This document shows, piece by piece, positions 26,536 to 38,200 of a stretch of DNA of 64,000 nucleotides. Positions within the stretch are counted from its first letter, which is position 1, and each line of letters begins with the position of its first letter. Below the pieces are notes generated by a model, which had not been told where the DNA came from, ran no database searches, and worked only from the letters and a program-made list of their open reading frames with translations. The DNA comes from Squalus acanthias (taxonomy: Eukaryota), in NCBI GenBank assembly GCA_030390025.1, contig CM059433.1, positions 744,001 through 808,000 on the forward strand, in the 5' to 3' direction. A program made the position numbers and the translations under genes.

Positions 26536-26729
26536 CTACCTGGTCGCCGCCTCTTTTACAGCCGCCGCCTCGCCACAGCCGCTCCACCCAGGTCCGCCGC
26601 CTCTGTGGGCCTACCTGGTCGCCGCCTCTTTTACAGCCGCCGTCTCGCCGCAGCCGCTCCACCCAGGTCCGCCGCCTCTGTGGGTCTACCTGGTCGCCGC
26701 CGCCTCGCCGCTGCCGCTCCACCCAGGCC
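26536..26729 (-). repeat. 75-bp GC-rich tandem repeat (~2.5 units) in CR1 5' UTR
   Basis: ctacctggtcgccgcc recurs at 26536, 26611 and 26686. Confidence 0.9.
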
Positions 26730-26788
26730 CGACTTGATACTTTACTGCTCTTAGACTTGAAGCCACAACTTCCTGACCCAGAGATTTA

Positions 26789-27656
26789 GGGGGAGAAATT
26801 CGGTATCGCCCTGTTTGGGGCGCAATTATCGTCCGGGCGCAAAGTTTAGCGCCTGGTGCTGATTATTGCCTCCGACTGCAAACTTGGCTTCTATCGCCCC
26901 TGGAGGTGATTGGAGCGCTAAATCAGGCGCTAAATACCTTTCTTAAGGCACTAACGCTGAGGAGCGAGGCGCTACCTCAGAGCGCTGGCGAAGCTCATGT
27001 GATGTCAGTCAGCAATGGAACACAGACACAAATGCGCTGGCCAGTTCTTAAAGGGGAGGGTCGATCTTGCTCTCCATCCACACCCTGCTCATTGCAGCCT
27101 TGAATCTCGGCCTGGAGAGACCTGTACATCAAATCTGCTGGAAAGAACAATGGAGAGACCCAGGGAAAGACCTCAGTGTGCAGCCCCCATAGTCTCTTCT
27201 AAATCGATGCAAGGAAGGTCAAATCAAAATGAACCTGCAAAGTGCTGCTCAGTACCCAAAACTCCTTCACACAGTGTTGAATTTCTCCAGATGTCTCTCT
27301 CTCTCTCAGAATGCGTGGTGCAAAAATGTCGCTGACAAATAAAGGCAGGAAGCGGTCGCCTTTAAATAGTGCTCCCCAAGTCCCTTCCCGACCGCAAAAC
27401 GCTCCCCTCAACCTGTTGTTGCTAGCGGCAGGCGGTAAGGCAGGGGGCGCCACGCAATATCCGGTCCGGGGCGCTACCGGGGTGTTGCACGCTCGACTGA
27501 TGTCACGATCTGTGGGCGCAGGAGATCGTGGTGGTAGTGTTTAGCGCCGCTGCAAAATGTCTGGTCAATTTTGCGAGCGGCGCAAACATCGCCGCGCCCG
27601 GGCACTAGTTGCTTTGCGCTCCATTAGCGACCTCTTAGGGCGCCAATTTTTCCCCC
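26789..27656 (-). mobile_element. Non-autonomous deletion derivative of the copy 2/3 Harbinger family
   Basis: TIRs gggggagaaatt / aatttttccccc. The first part matches the reverse complement of the right end of copy 2 up to the Myb ATG; the remainder matches its left end. Confidence 0.9.
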
Positions 27657-27659
27657 TTC

Positions 27660-29944
27660 GGCCGGAATTTTGCCGGCACTCAGCGGACGGGATGTGTGGC
27701 GGGTCAGCTGTTAAATTTAAAATGATTGACAGCGGGTCGGGAACCCGCTGGCAAAACACGCACACTGGACTTTCCCGATGTCGGGTCTGCCAACGCTGAG
27801 CAGACCCGACAGGCAGCGGCGGGGGAGGCAATTAAAATCATTAGTGGCTTGTTTACAGCCACTTATCAATGGTTTTTCCCCAGCTTTTTGGATTTGACTG
27901 GTCGTCCACGGGTTTCCTGCTGTGCCTCGACCTCATCTGTGAAGCTGAGGCGGGAGGTCAGTGGCCATTGAATCAGCTGATGAGTTGACAGCTTAAAATG
28001 TACAGTAAACCCTCATCCTCATCCATGCCTTTGTTACCTCTAGACTTGACTATTCCAACGGACTGCTGGCTGGCCTCCCACATTCTACCCTACGTAAACT
28101 TGAGGTCATCCAAAACTCGACTGCCCGTGTCCTAACTCGCACCAAGTCCCGTTCACCCATCTCCCCTGTGCTCGCTGACCTACATTGGCTCCTGGTTGAG
28201 CAGCGCCTCGATTTCAAAATTCTCATCCTTGTTTTCAAATCTCTCCATGGCCTCGCCCCTTCCTATCTCTGTAATCTCCTCCAGCCCCACAACCCCCCGA
28301 GATATCTGTGCTCCTCTAATTCTGCCCTCTTGAGCATCCCTGATTATAATCGTTCAACCATTGGTGGCCGTGCCTTCTGTTGCCTAGGCCCGAAGTGCTG
28401 GAATTCCCTGCCTAAACATCTCCGCCTTGCTACCTCTCTTTCCCCCTTTAAGATGCTCCTGAAAACGTACCTCTTTGACCAAGCTTTTGGTCACCTGCCC
28501 TAATTTCTCCTTATGTAGCTCGGTGTCAAATGTTTTGTCTTTTAATACTGCAGTGAAGTGCCTTGGGACGTTTTACTACATTAAAGGTGCTATATAAATA
28601 CAAGTTGTTGTTGTTGTTGTAAAAGCTCCAACCTTACAGAGATATCTTCCCTCAGCCATAAACTCTTCCTCACTGGATTCACCATGCTGCAAGTCTTTGC
28701 ACAAGTCTCCATCCAGTCTGACCTCAGTACTTCTCTCACCATTGACAGATCACTTCTGTCATCTCTACTTCGCCTACCATCTATTCCATCAGCATGGGTC
28801 CCCTTTATACTCTCTCACCTTGGTCCTCAGAATCCCACCACGATGAGCCCCAACACCAGCAGCACCAGGCACACCAGCATCACCAACAACACCACCAACT
28901 TTCTCCGCAATCAACTGATGCTGCACAGGACACAGGGCATCAGCACCCGACCATATTGCTGCCCGGGAGGCCAGGGATGGCCTCACCATGGCCAGATTTA
29001 CTTCACTTGACCCTGTACACCCTGGCAGCCACGTGATGCGCCAGGTTGGCAGCACCCCACACCAACACCATAAAGCATCCCTACAATGCCCAAGCCATTC
29101 CTTTCACACTCATCACCATTGCTGGGGGTACCATTATGTCTCACCATTCACTGCAACTCACTAAGCCACTTCCAAAGGTGCACACAAATCTGTCCAAGAA
29201 CGCAATGTGTTGAAAATAAAGGTTCAATGTTTGACAGCACATTAACAGAAACTTTACATGAACATTGGATAAAACACCCTAGTGGCTACCCTTGTGTGTT
29301 GTTAGTTGGTATGATTGCACTCGGATGAGGGTGAGTGTGAGGGGTGGCTAGTGAGATGGGGATGTGATAATGTAGATAGAGAGGGATGGTTGGAGGTGCA
29401 AGGTAAGTTGGTGTGAGTAAGGTAGTGCAGGAGTAGGGTAGGGAAGGCAGAGTGATGGGGATGTGATGAGAGGCACAGCAGGATGAGGTTGAGTGTGGCT
29501 TTGTACTAATGCTTCGTGATCTACTGAGATCATTGAAAGGTTTGTGCCACTGCACCCAGGCCTCCTGACCACATCCCTGCTTGTGCCTTCCTCTGCAATG
29601 TGCAACCAGGCAGGCCCATGGGAAGGGAAGAGAACCCTCTGCGTGCTGTGACTCGGGAGTCATGGGAGAACCTGGGTGCAGCCCTGCACCTCTGCGCAGT
29701 GCTCGTCAGTGTTTGCAGCACTTCAATGCTGTAGAACACTGAAAGCACAAATGTCAAAATAAAGTTGGACATGGTCCCTTTAACGAAACCGGTTGATGAC
29801 ACTCTAATTGGCCAGGAAACGTGCTGGGCGGGCTTAACAAGCCCTATCAGGGGAAATCCATTTCACAGAGCGGGCTGGAGCATTGTCAGGACCCACCCCC
29901 GACGTTATCCGCCCCGGACCGCCGAGGTTTGTAAAATCACGGCC
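27660..29944 (+). mobile_element. Non-autonomous Harbinger (second family) with decayed Myb exon 1 on - strand
   Basis: TIRs ggccggaattttg / aaaatcacggcc; RAAPRFSHDS...KPFNDLSRS remnant; homologous to 40907-42680. Confidence 0.85.
28010..28620 (+). mobile_element. L2-clade LINE 3' end nested in Harbinger derivative
   Basis: LADLHWL..QRLDFKILILVFKSLHGLAPSYL...GGRAF...WNSLP; tail tatataaatacaag(ttg)n. Confidence 0.88.
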
Positions 29945-30611
29945 GAAAACTCTACCAACTAAGCCAAACTGGTGCTGTTTATTTAATGTTGAACATAGAT
30001 TGTTTTTAAGGAACGATAACAATTCATTGTTCTTTGATGAGCAATGTGAGGAGTTCAAAGAGAAAATGTTCAGTTATTTCTCAAGTCACCACCCCTTTGC
30101 TCAGAACACCTAATTAGATCAGCGTCTCAAAATCCCTGCACAGCAAAAGAAAACCGCAGACATAGTCCTGGAATTAAACCTAACTGTCCTGGCGGGATCG
30201 GGGCAGGTTCGGGTCGGACGCCCATTTTACACCCTGTCCGATTTTACTCTGCAGAGAACCCACCCCATTTCAGCCGGGCGGGTAAAGTTACAATCATTGC
30301 TGTTATTTGTCATTTCATTGCTGATTTCGCCCATTGTCTTGGGTTCACTCCCTTACATTTGGCTCAGTGCTGATGCTTTCCATGGTTGGCCAGCCTGCCA
30401 GCACAAATAAGAAATGGTGACTTGGGCAAGATACTGGAAGCTGTTGGCTTCCGTGGAACTGTACCTCAGCAAGAGTTAGTATTTTTAGGAAAGGAGGGGA
30501 GAAAAGGGGGAAAGATGTCGTCATTGTTCATGCATCGTGTGGTCGGCAGCGCTCACAGTTTAAATATGGTAACGTACCAGAACTTGTGTGGTATTCTCCA
30601 GTTGACCTTAG

Positions 30612-31326
30612 GGGGGCGAAATTGGGTGCCTGCGCCTCCCGTTTGGGGCGCAAATGGCTTTGCGACCGGGCGCGGCGCTGACATCAACTCCCGCCATATT
30701 CGGCGGGAGTTTTACGGCGGCGCTATGGCGTTGCACCCCAATCTCCTTCGCCTGGAGATTGTGACGTCATCTCCATGCGCATCGCCCGGTAGCGCCCCGG
30801 ACCCGAAATTGACTTCTGCCCCCTGCAGCAGCGCCGGTCGAAAACACCGACAGCTGCAGGAGACGTGCATCGGGCGGCCGGCCGCTTCAGGGGCGATGAT
30901 TAAAGGCGAGGTGGCCGAGGCAAGTGGAAAAAAAAATTACCTTTCTTGTTCCAGTTTTTTTCACGGGTTCCTGCTTGAGTGCCGGGCTGATTGCGCGGGA
31001 TCACGGCTGCCTTGGTGGTCCAGGTAGGTACTTTATAAATTGCAGAGCCTGGAGCGATGGCCCTTCCCTTTAAGGGAGGGGAGGAGCCTTTGAACGCGGC
31101 GGCGCTGCACGGCCCAGTGTGCAGGATGACGCTGCTGAAGTCTCCGCCCCGCCTGCTGCCGATTGCGCTCCAAGAAGGAAGTGGGCAGCTTGATTTAGCG
31201 CTTCACTACCTTCCTGGAGCACAAAACCAAATTTTTTCTAAGGTTAGAAACATTATCGCCTGGCGCTAATTTTCACAACTTTTAAAAGTTAGCGGCCCAA
31301 ACGGGGCTATAATGAATTTCTCCTCC
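30612..31326. mobile_element. Harbinger MITE
   Basis: TIRs gggggcgaaatt / aatttctcctcc, TAG on both flanks. Confidence 0.8.
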
Positions 31327-31509
31327 TAGGAGTGGGTGGCAGATTTCTGAGATTGGTTGTTAAAGCACATTTCTCGGGAGGAGCTTTACTTGTTAGTTAA
31401 TGCATGCTGTACCTGACCTGGGAGTGCATGAAGCTGTGTAGAAACAGCACAAAATATTCAGATTTAAAAAATAAAAATGTCAGCCTGCATACAACAAAAT
31501 AATCTCCAT

Positions 31510-31732
31510 TATTGTCCTGGCCAATTTTTATCCCTCAACCAACATCACTAAAAAGCATATAATCTGGTCATTATCACATTGCTGTTTGTGGGAGCTTGCT
31601 GTGCGCAAATTGGCTGCCGCGTTTCCTACATTACAACAGTGACTCCACTTCAAAAATACTTCATTGGCTGTAAAGCGCTTTGGGATGTACTGATGTTGTG
31701 AAAGATGCTAGATAAATGCAACTCTTTCTTTT
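31510..31732 (+). mobile_element. Deu-domain SINE 3' part (SacSINE1/AmnSINE-like)
   Basis: cattgctgtttgtgggagcttgctgtgcgcaaattggctgcc core and L2-like tail; second copy at 47295-47530. Confidence 0.75.
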
Positions 31733-32654
31733 TAAAACAGCAGACAAAGGAAGGCATAATATTGCATGCCATCATTTCAAGGCCCATATTTGTATATTAT
31801 AACTTTACTGTACCAATCGATACTCCCACCACAGAAGAATCCCACCTTCTGTTCACTTCTGTAGCTTTCGCACCAATACCCACTAGTTGCTTCTGAGAGC
31901 AGCCATACCCAACAAACCTGAACAAACCTGTACAATCTGCCTGTGCTAGCACTTTTACCTTGGGACTGACACCAAGGTAAAAGCAGGAAGTTAGTTTGTT
32001 CCAAAGCGAGTGAGGATGTGGCGAGAATTGGACGCTTATCTCCCAGCTGTTCCACATGAATGCAGATCAGAAACCTGGCCGTGTGCCATAGCCGTCCAAA
32101 GCCTCAGCTGTTCAACACTACCCTCATCTGCCAAGTTTCTTCCCTCCTACATGTGGTCTGGTGAATTCCTAGAGGCCGGCTGTTTGAATTCAATCCCGTA
32201 ATAGGAACTTCAGCTGTGCAAGGAAAACGGAGAACTTTCCTCAGGCAAATTCCAGTTTGACTTCATACGGGGGGTAAAGCAAAGGCAGAGCCAAAGTCAA
32301 TGACTGTGTTATTCTTTGACTTCCTTATTAAAACCCGTTGTGGTGCTCGTGTTATAATAATTCTTCAATACCATCATTTCTGTCCAGATGTTGTGATCAT
32401 TAGGGTCCATCTGAATGATTGACAAGAACTAATGGAGATTACAATCCATTGACAAAGCAATCTTTTTGAGTTGGTTGCTTTGCTCAGTAGCATCTGTTTT
32501 TAGCAAGGCGGAACTTTTTCCTGGTGTTGTGTATTCTTTATATGGCCGCATTCATATTTCAGGAATGCTCCAGATACCTAACAGTAGGGTTAAAGCTGTT
32601 GTCACTGTTGGTGCAGAAAGATCAGACAGTGCAGTTTTGGCCCATGACAACAGG

Positions 32655-33568
32655 ATAACATAAGAACATAAGAATTAGGAGCAGGAGTCGGCCATATGGC
32701 CCTTTGAGCCTGCTCCGCTATTCTATAAGATCATGGCTGATCTTCAACCTCAACTCCACTTTCCCGTCCGATCTCCATATCCTTTGATTCCCATCGAGTC
32801 CAAAAATCTATTGATCTCAACCTTGAAGATACTCAATGACTCAGCATCCACGAAGATACTCAACGACTCAGCATCCACAGCCCTTTGAGGTAGAGAATTC
32901 CAAAGATTCACAACCCTCTGAGAAAAGAAATTCCTCCTCATCTCAGTTTTAATTGGCCGACCCCTTATCCTGAGACTATGCCCCCTAGTTCTAGACTCTC
33001 CAGCCAGAGGGGAAACAACCTCTCAGCATCTACCCTGTCAATCCCCTTCAGAATCTTGTATGTTTCAATGAGATCACCTCTCATTCTTCTAAACTCCAGA
33101 GAGTATCGACCCATTCTACACAATCTCTCATCATAGGACAACCCTCTCATCCCAGGAATCAATCTAGTGAACCTTCATTGCACTGCCTCTAAGGCATGTA
33201 TGTCCTTCCTCAGATAAGGATTCCAAAACTGTGCCCAGTACTCCAGGTGTGGTCTCACCAAGGCCCTGTACAATTGTAGTAAAACTTCCTTACTCTTATA
33301 CACCAACCCCCTTGCAATAAAGGCCAACATGCCATTTGCCTTCCTAATTGCTTGCTGTACTTGCATGCTAACTTTCTGTGTTTCCTGTAAGAGGACACCT
33401 AAATCGTTCTGAACACCAACATTTAATAGTTTCTCACCATTTAAAAAATATTCTGTTTTTCTATTCTTCCTACCAAAGTGAATAACCTCACAGTTCCTCA
33501 CATTATATTCCATCTGCCACCTTACTGCCCACTCACTTAACCTGCCTACATCCCTTTGCAGGCTCTTT
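32655..33568 (-). mobile_element. CR1 LINE 3' part (interrupted by Harbinger copy 2)
   Basis: RT C-terminal remnants LVRPHLEY and RRMRGDLIE; continues at 37649. Confidence 0.92.
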
Positions 33569-34069
33569 GGGGGTAAAATTCAGTTGGTTTGCGCCTCCCT
33601 TTAGCACCTTAAGAGGGCGCTAATGGGGCGCAAAGCAACTAGCACCCGGGTGCGGCGATGTCTGCTCCGCTCGCGAAATTGACCAGTCATTTTGCGGCGG
33701 CACTAAACAATACCGCCCTGATCTCCTGCGCCCGCAGATCTTGACATCATTCGAGTGTGCAACGCCCTTGTGGCGTCTCGGACCGGATATTGAGTGGCGC
33801 CCCCTCCTTTCCGCCTGGCGCAAGCAACGACAGGTAGACTGGAACGTTTTCCAGTCGGTGTGGGGCTGGGGGGGGCGCTATTTAAAGGCGGCCTCTTCCT
33901 GGCTTTTTCTGTGGTAGACATTTTTGCACCACTCATTCTGACAGAGAGAGAGATTCTGAGAGAGAGAGACCTCTGCATAGAGTCAACGCTGTGTGAAGTA
34001 GTTTTGGCTACTGAGCATCACTTTGCAGGTACTTTTGTTTTTGACCTTCATTACTTTGATTGCCAAGAG

Positions 34070-35227
34070 ATTGCGGGGGCTGCACTGATTCGGGGCGTCG
34101 TCCTGCGCCTGCAGATTCGGAGGCCACAGAGACGCAGAGAGAGAGTGGCAATCATGGCCAAACGGAGGAGGGCCAACAGGCCTCTGTACAGGAGACCTTA
34201 CCCTCCCAGGGTATTTCACCAACAGTTCTCCTACATTAATTTGTCTGAGGAGCAATGTTTGCGCAGGCTGCGCTACAGCAAGGAGGTGGTCACTGAGCTC
34301 TGCCACCTGCTGCAGCCAGATCTGCTGCTTCAACTGAGGTCCAGGACGTCTCTGTCGGTGGCAGTGAAGGTCACAGTGGCTCTGAACTTTTATGCCACCA
34401 GCTCCTTTCAAGCAGCTACTGGGGACATCGCCAATATCTCCCAGTTCGCGGTCCATTGCTGCATCCGTCAGGTCACAAATGCCCTCTATAAAAGGAGATG
34501 CCAGTACATCTCTCTCCCGATGACCCGGGCCAAACAGCATGAACGCGCATTGGGCTTTGCGAGGATAGTGGGCTTCCCCATGGTGCAGGGCGCCATTGAC
34601 TGCACGCATGTGGCATTGCAGACACCGTATAAGAATGCAGAGGATTTCCGCAACCACAAGGGATTCCACTCCTTAAACGTCCAGTTGGTCTGTGACCACA
34701 GGCAGCTGATACTCGCTGTCAATGCCCGCTATCCTGGCAGCAGCCATGATGCATTCATCCTGCGCCAGACTGCAGTGGCAGAACTTTTCCAGGCATCGCA
34801 TCACCCAAGTGGTTGGCTCCTCGGGAACAAGGGTTGTCCACTGTGCACCTGGCTGATGAAACCGCTCCGTAACCCCAACATCCCTGCTGAGCTGCGGTAC
34901 AATGAGAGCCATATCGCCACCAGGAACATCATTGAGCAGATGATCGGCGTGCTCAAGCAACGGTTCCGCTGTCTGGACCACTCAGGAGGAGCCCTGCAGT
35001 ACTCGCCTGAGCGAGTCTCCCTCTTCATAGTTGTGTGCTGCATGCTGCATAACCTGGCAATCCTCAGGACCCAGCCAATGCCACCAGGCCTTGGAGCACC
35101 ACCGGAGGAGGAAGAGGAGGAGGAAGAGGAGGAGGATGATCAGCAGCAGCACCAAGGCGGGAGGGAGGCCCACAATGTAGAAACTGGAAGGGCCGTCCGT
35201 CAACGGCTGATAACAAGCCGCTTCTAG
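34070..35227 (+). CDS. Harbinger transposase; frame open but probably inactive
   Basis: GAIDCTH and RNIIE present, but LLGDKGY has become LLGNKGC (catalytic D to N). The ATG used by copy 3 is lost; the next ATG is at 34154. Confidence 0.85.
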   Translation: MAGAALIRGVVLRLQIRRPQRRRERVAIMAKRRRANRPLYRRPYPPRVFHQQFSYINLSEEQCLRRLRYSKEVVTELCHLLQPDLLLQLRSRTSLSVAVKVTVALNFYATSSFQAATGDIANISQFAVHCCIRQVTNALYKRRCQYISLPMTRAKQHERALGFARIVGFPMVQGAIDCTHVALQTPYKNAEDFRNHKGFHSLNVQLVCDHRQLILAVNARYPGSSHDAFILRQTAVAELFQASHHPSGWLLGNKGCPLCTWLMKPLRNPNIPAELRYNESHIATRNIIEQMIGVLKQRFRCLDHSGGALQYSPERVSLFIVVCCMLHNLAILRTQPMPPGLGAPPEEEEEEEEEEDDQQQHQGGREAHNVETGRAVRQRLITSRF

Positions 35228-35538
35228 GTCCCTGCTGAGGAAATGGCTTCTGCCATTGAAAACAACATGAATGAAACCAACCCGCAACCCCTAAGCCGGC
35301 CAAGGCAGTAATGATTCCAAAGACCAAACATGTACATTTTGAATACAAAAACTTATTTATTTTACAAACTCTGTGTGTGTCATTTCTTCATGACAAACGA
35401 ATAGAAAGAAACACAAAAAAACAGTCATTAACATAACTGGTTCTCACAACCTGGAGATAATGTCCAAAACACTAAACAAAAGTTTGAACACGAACCTTGG
35501 ACTTTAATAAAAAATTGACAAACATTTTGTCACACCTC

Positions 35539-37287
35539 CTACTTTTTGCCCTTCGAAGGTGATCTTCCCTTGTGCACTTCCCCCCTTCCCACCCTACTGC
35601 TCCTCCGTAATGGGACCCCAGTGGCTGCAGCAAGGCTGGTGGAAGGCTGCTGATTGTCAGAACCTGAGACTGCAGATGCCCTTGAAGGACGGCCTCGACC
35701 AGCTCTGGGCCTGGAGGGCCCGGCAGCAGACTGCACCAACTCTGCATGGGCTGCAGCAGTCTGGGCTACAGGTGGTGGCAAGTGCAATGGGGAAGTGACA
35801 GTGGTGGCAGCAGGAATGCTGTCATCTTGAGAGAGGACAACAACTCCCTACTCGACCGACACACTGGCACTCCCACGGGGCAGCACTTCAGCATCCGGAG
35901 CAATCTGCTGGAGCACAGATTGCTGGCCTGCTGCGGCGCGGTGAGAGCCCCGGGGAAATGTGTCCGAACCAGCGAGAATGGCAGCAGTCAGTGCTCGCGT
36001 GGCCTCAATCTGAGTCTGCATGAGAGTTCACGGCAGCCAGTGACTGAATTGCAGCACTAAGCTTTAGCATGGCATCCGCCTGTGCTACAGCGAAGTGCTC
36101 GACACTCCTTGCCAGTGATTCAATGCATTTGGACACACTTCCCACTGCACCCATGAGCTCAGTGTGCATGGCCACCGCCTGGGTGTTCATTTCAGCGATG
36201 AGCCGCTCCTCCTCTGCGTCCAGTGCAGCAGGACTCGCTGGCCTACTTTCCCTCCGGGGAGAAGGCCCCCGAGCTTCCCTACCCCTATGGCGTTGCTGCA
36301 GCCCGCTGAGTCCTGGAGCTTCACCCTCATCAGACCTTTCCCCCCTGCTCCCCTCCAGGGAAGGCGTGTTCCCAGTGTGGGCATGGGCTTCCTCGGGAGA
36401 GGGTGGCCCTGATGCTCCGGCTTCCTCTTCCTCCTTGCCTGCAGCTTCACTCCCACTGGCATCTTGAGGGCCCGTCTCCTCAGCTGGTGAATCTCCATCT
36501 GAAAGCAGGGAGGTACAAGAGTGGCTTTAGCGTGAGGACAGGGGAGCAGTAAGGGAGGAATGAGTGCAGCGATTTAGTAAGTTGGTTTGAAAGTATCAAA
36601 GGCTGGTATTGTGAGGGACAAGTGGAAGGAGAGAGGACAAAAAGGTGATGACCTTACCATTGCTGTCCCGAACGGGGTCGACCTCTCCAGGGGTGACGGG
36701 ACCAATCACCTGGCTTGCCACAATCCTGTGGATGCGTGCCTCAAGATCGCTGAGGGGTTGGAGCTGAGGCCGCCCTCCACCCGTCCGTTGCTGCTGTCTC
36801 CTATTATGAGATAGCTTGGCCTGCAAGAAAAAGGACGGCGTCTGAGTAAATATACAGCCATGGTCTTGCCTGATGTGCCTCCCATAATTGAATAGCCCTT
36901 ACTGTATGCAAAGTGTGGAATGTGTGTGTGTGTTTCATGAAAGGGCCATAGGTGTTGGATGAGTGTTGTGCATTGGGGTTTTAAGACCCTCTGGCCATTG
37001 AGTGAGGTTGAGATGGAGGGATGGAGAGGTATTGAAAAAAAGCCACTCACCCTGACGACCCGAGTGAGGTCGTTGAACTTTTTTCGACATTGAGTATAGG
37101 TCCTGGGCACCATGCTCCTGGAGGAGACGCTCTGAGCCACCTCCCTCCATGCTCTTCTGTACTCGCGCGGCAAAGGCCTCCTGCCACTCTCTGGGTACAG
37201 TATTGATCTTCTGCGCTCCACCGCGCCAACCAGTGCCTCCAAGGCCCGCTCGCTGAAGCGTTGAGCTCGTTCTCTCACCCTCTCCAT
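35539..37287 (-). pseudogene. Harbinger Myb/SANT-like gene (exons 37287-37051, 36820-36658, 36498-35539), frameshift near 36026
   Basis: MERVRERAQRFSERALEALV...WREVA...QCRKKFNDL; GT-AG sites; ~14-bp deletion relative to copy 3. Confidence 0.88.
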
Positions 37288-37648
37288 AGTCCTTGGCTGG
37301 AAGATTTAGGCACAGGTCTCTCCAGGCCGAGATTCAAGGCTCCAATGAGCAGGGTGTGGCTGGAGAGCAAGATCGACCCTCCCCTTTAAGAACTGGCCGG
37401 CGGCAGTTTGTCTGTGTTCCATCGCTAACTGACATCACCTGCGCTGCGCCCGCGCTCTGAGTTAGCGCCTTGCTCCTCGGCCTTTGCGCCTTAAGACAGG
37501 TGTGTAGCGCCTGATTTAGCGCTCCAATCACCTCCAGGGGCGATAAAAGCCAAGTTTGCAGTTGGAGGCGATAATTAGCGCCAGGTGCTAAACTTTGCGC
37601 ATGGCCGATAATCGCCCCCCAAACGGGGCGATACTGAATTTTTCCCCC

Positions 37649-37900
37649 AAAGGGTCCTCCTCACAGCTTACTTTCCCACCTAGCTTTGTATCATCAGCAA
37701 ACTTGGATGCATTGCACTCGGTCCCTTCATCTAAGTCATTAATATAAATTGTAAATAGCTGAGGCCCCAACACTGATCCTTGCGGCACTAGTTACAGCCT
37801 GCCAACCAGAAAATTACCCGTTTATCTCTACTCTCTGTTTTCTGTCAGTTAACCAATCCTCTATCCAGGCTAATACATTACCCCCAACCCCATGAGCCCT
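37649..37900 (-). mobile_element. CR1 RT fragment, continuation of 32655-33568
   Basis: [21 protein letters not shown]...FADDTK. Confidence 0.92.
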
Positions 37901-38200
37901 TACGCACTCACATACAGTTAAACCAGCTTGAAAGGAAGCTCCTGCTTTCTACCAATGCCTTTGAATCAAAATCCAGATCTGAATTCCTTTTGATGCAGGT
38001 TCAATAGTAACTTTCAAAAGGGAATTGGATTGATACTTGAAGGGGAAAATTGTTGCAGGGCTATGGGGAAAGGGCAGGGGAGTGGGACTAATTGATAGCT
38101 CCTTCAAACAGCCGGCACAGGCACGATGATTCAATGCTTCTATGGTTACAAGCTGCGTCTTTTGGAAACTATCCAGTATGGTCGGCAAAATAAGCACTTT

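Larger units (their letters stand above)
22236..26729 (-). mobile_element. Full-length CR1 LINE
   Basis: 5' UTR tandem repeats, ORF1, ORF2, 3' UTR and tail; CGACTT direct repeat at 22230-22235 and 26730-26735 (TSD). Confidence 0.96.
33569..37648 (+). mobile_element. PIF/Harbinger DNA transposon, copy 2 (complete ends, mutated genes)
   Basis: TIRs gggggtaaaattcagt / actgaatttttccccc; convergent transposase and Myb genes; inserted within a CR1. Confidence 0.96.

Noticed and set aside
30386..31027. 213-aa ORF
   Set aside because: Runs across a repeat/MITE junction in GC-rich sequence with no recognisable domain.
33794..34069. N-terminal extension of the 477-aa transposase ORF
   Set aside because: GTG start in subterminal/promoter sequence; comparison with copy 3 places the real start near 34070.
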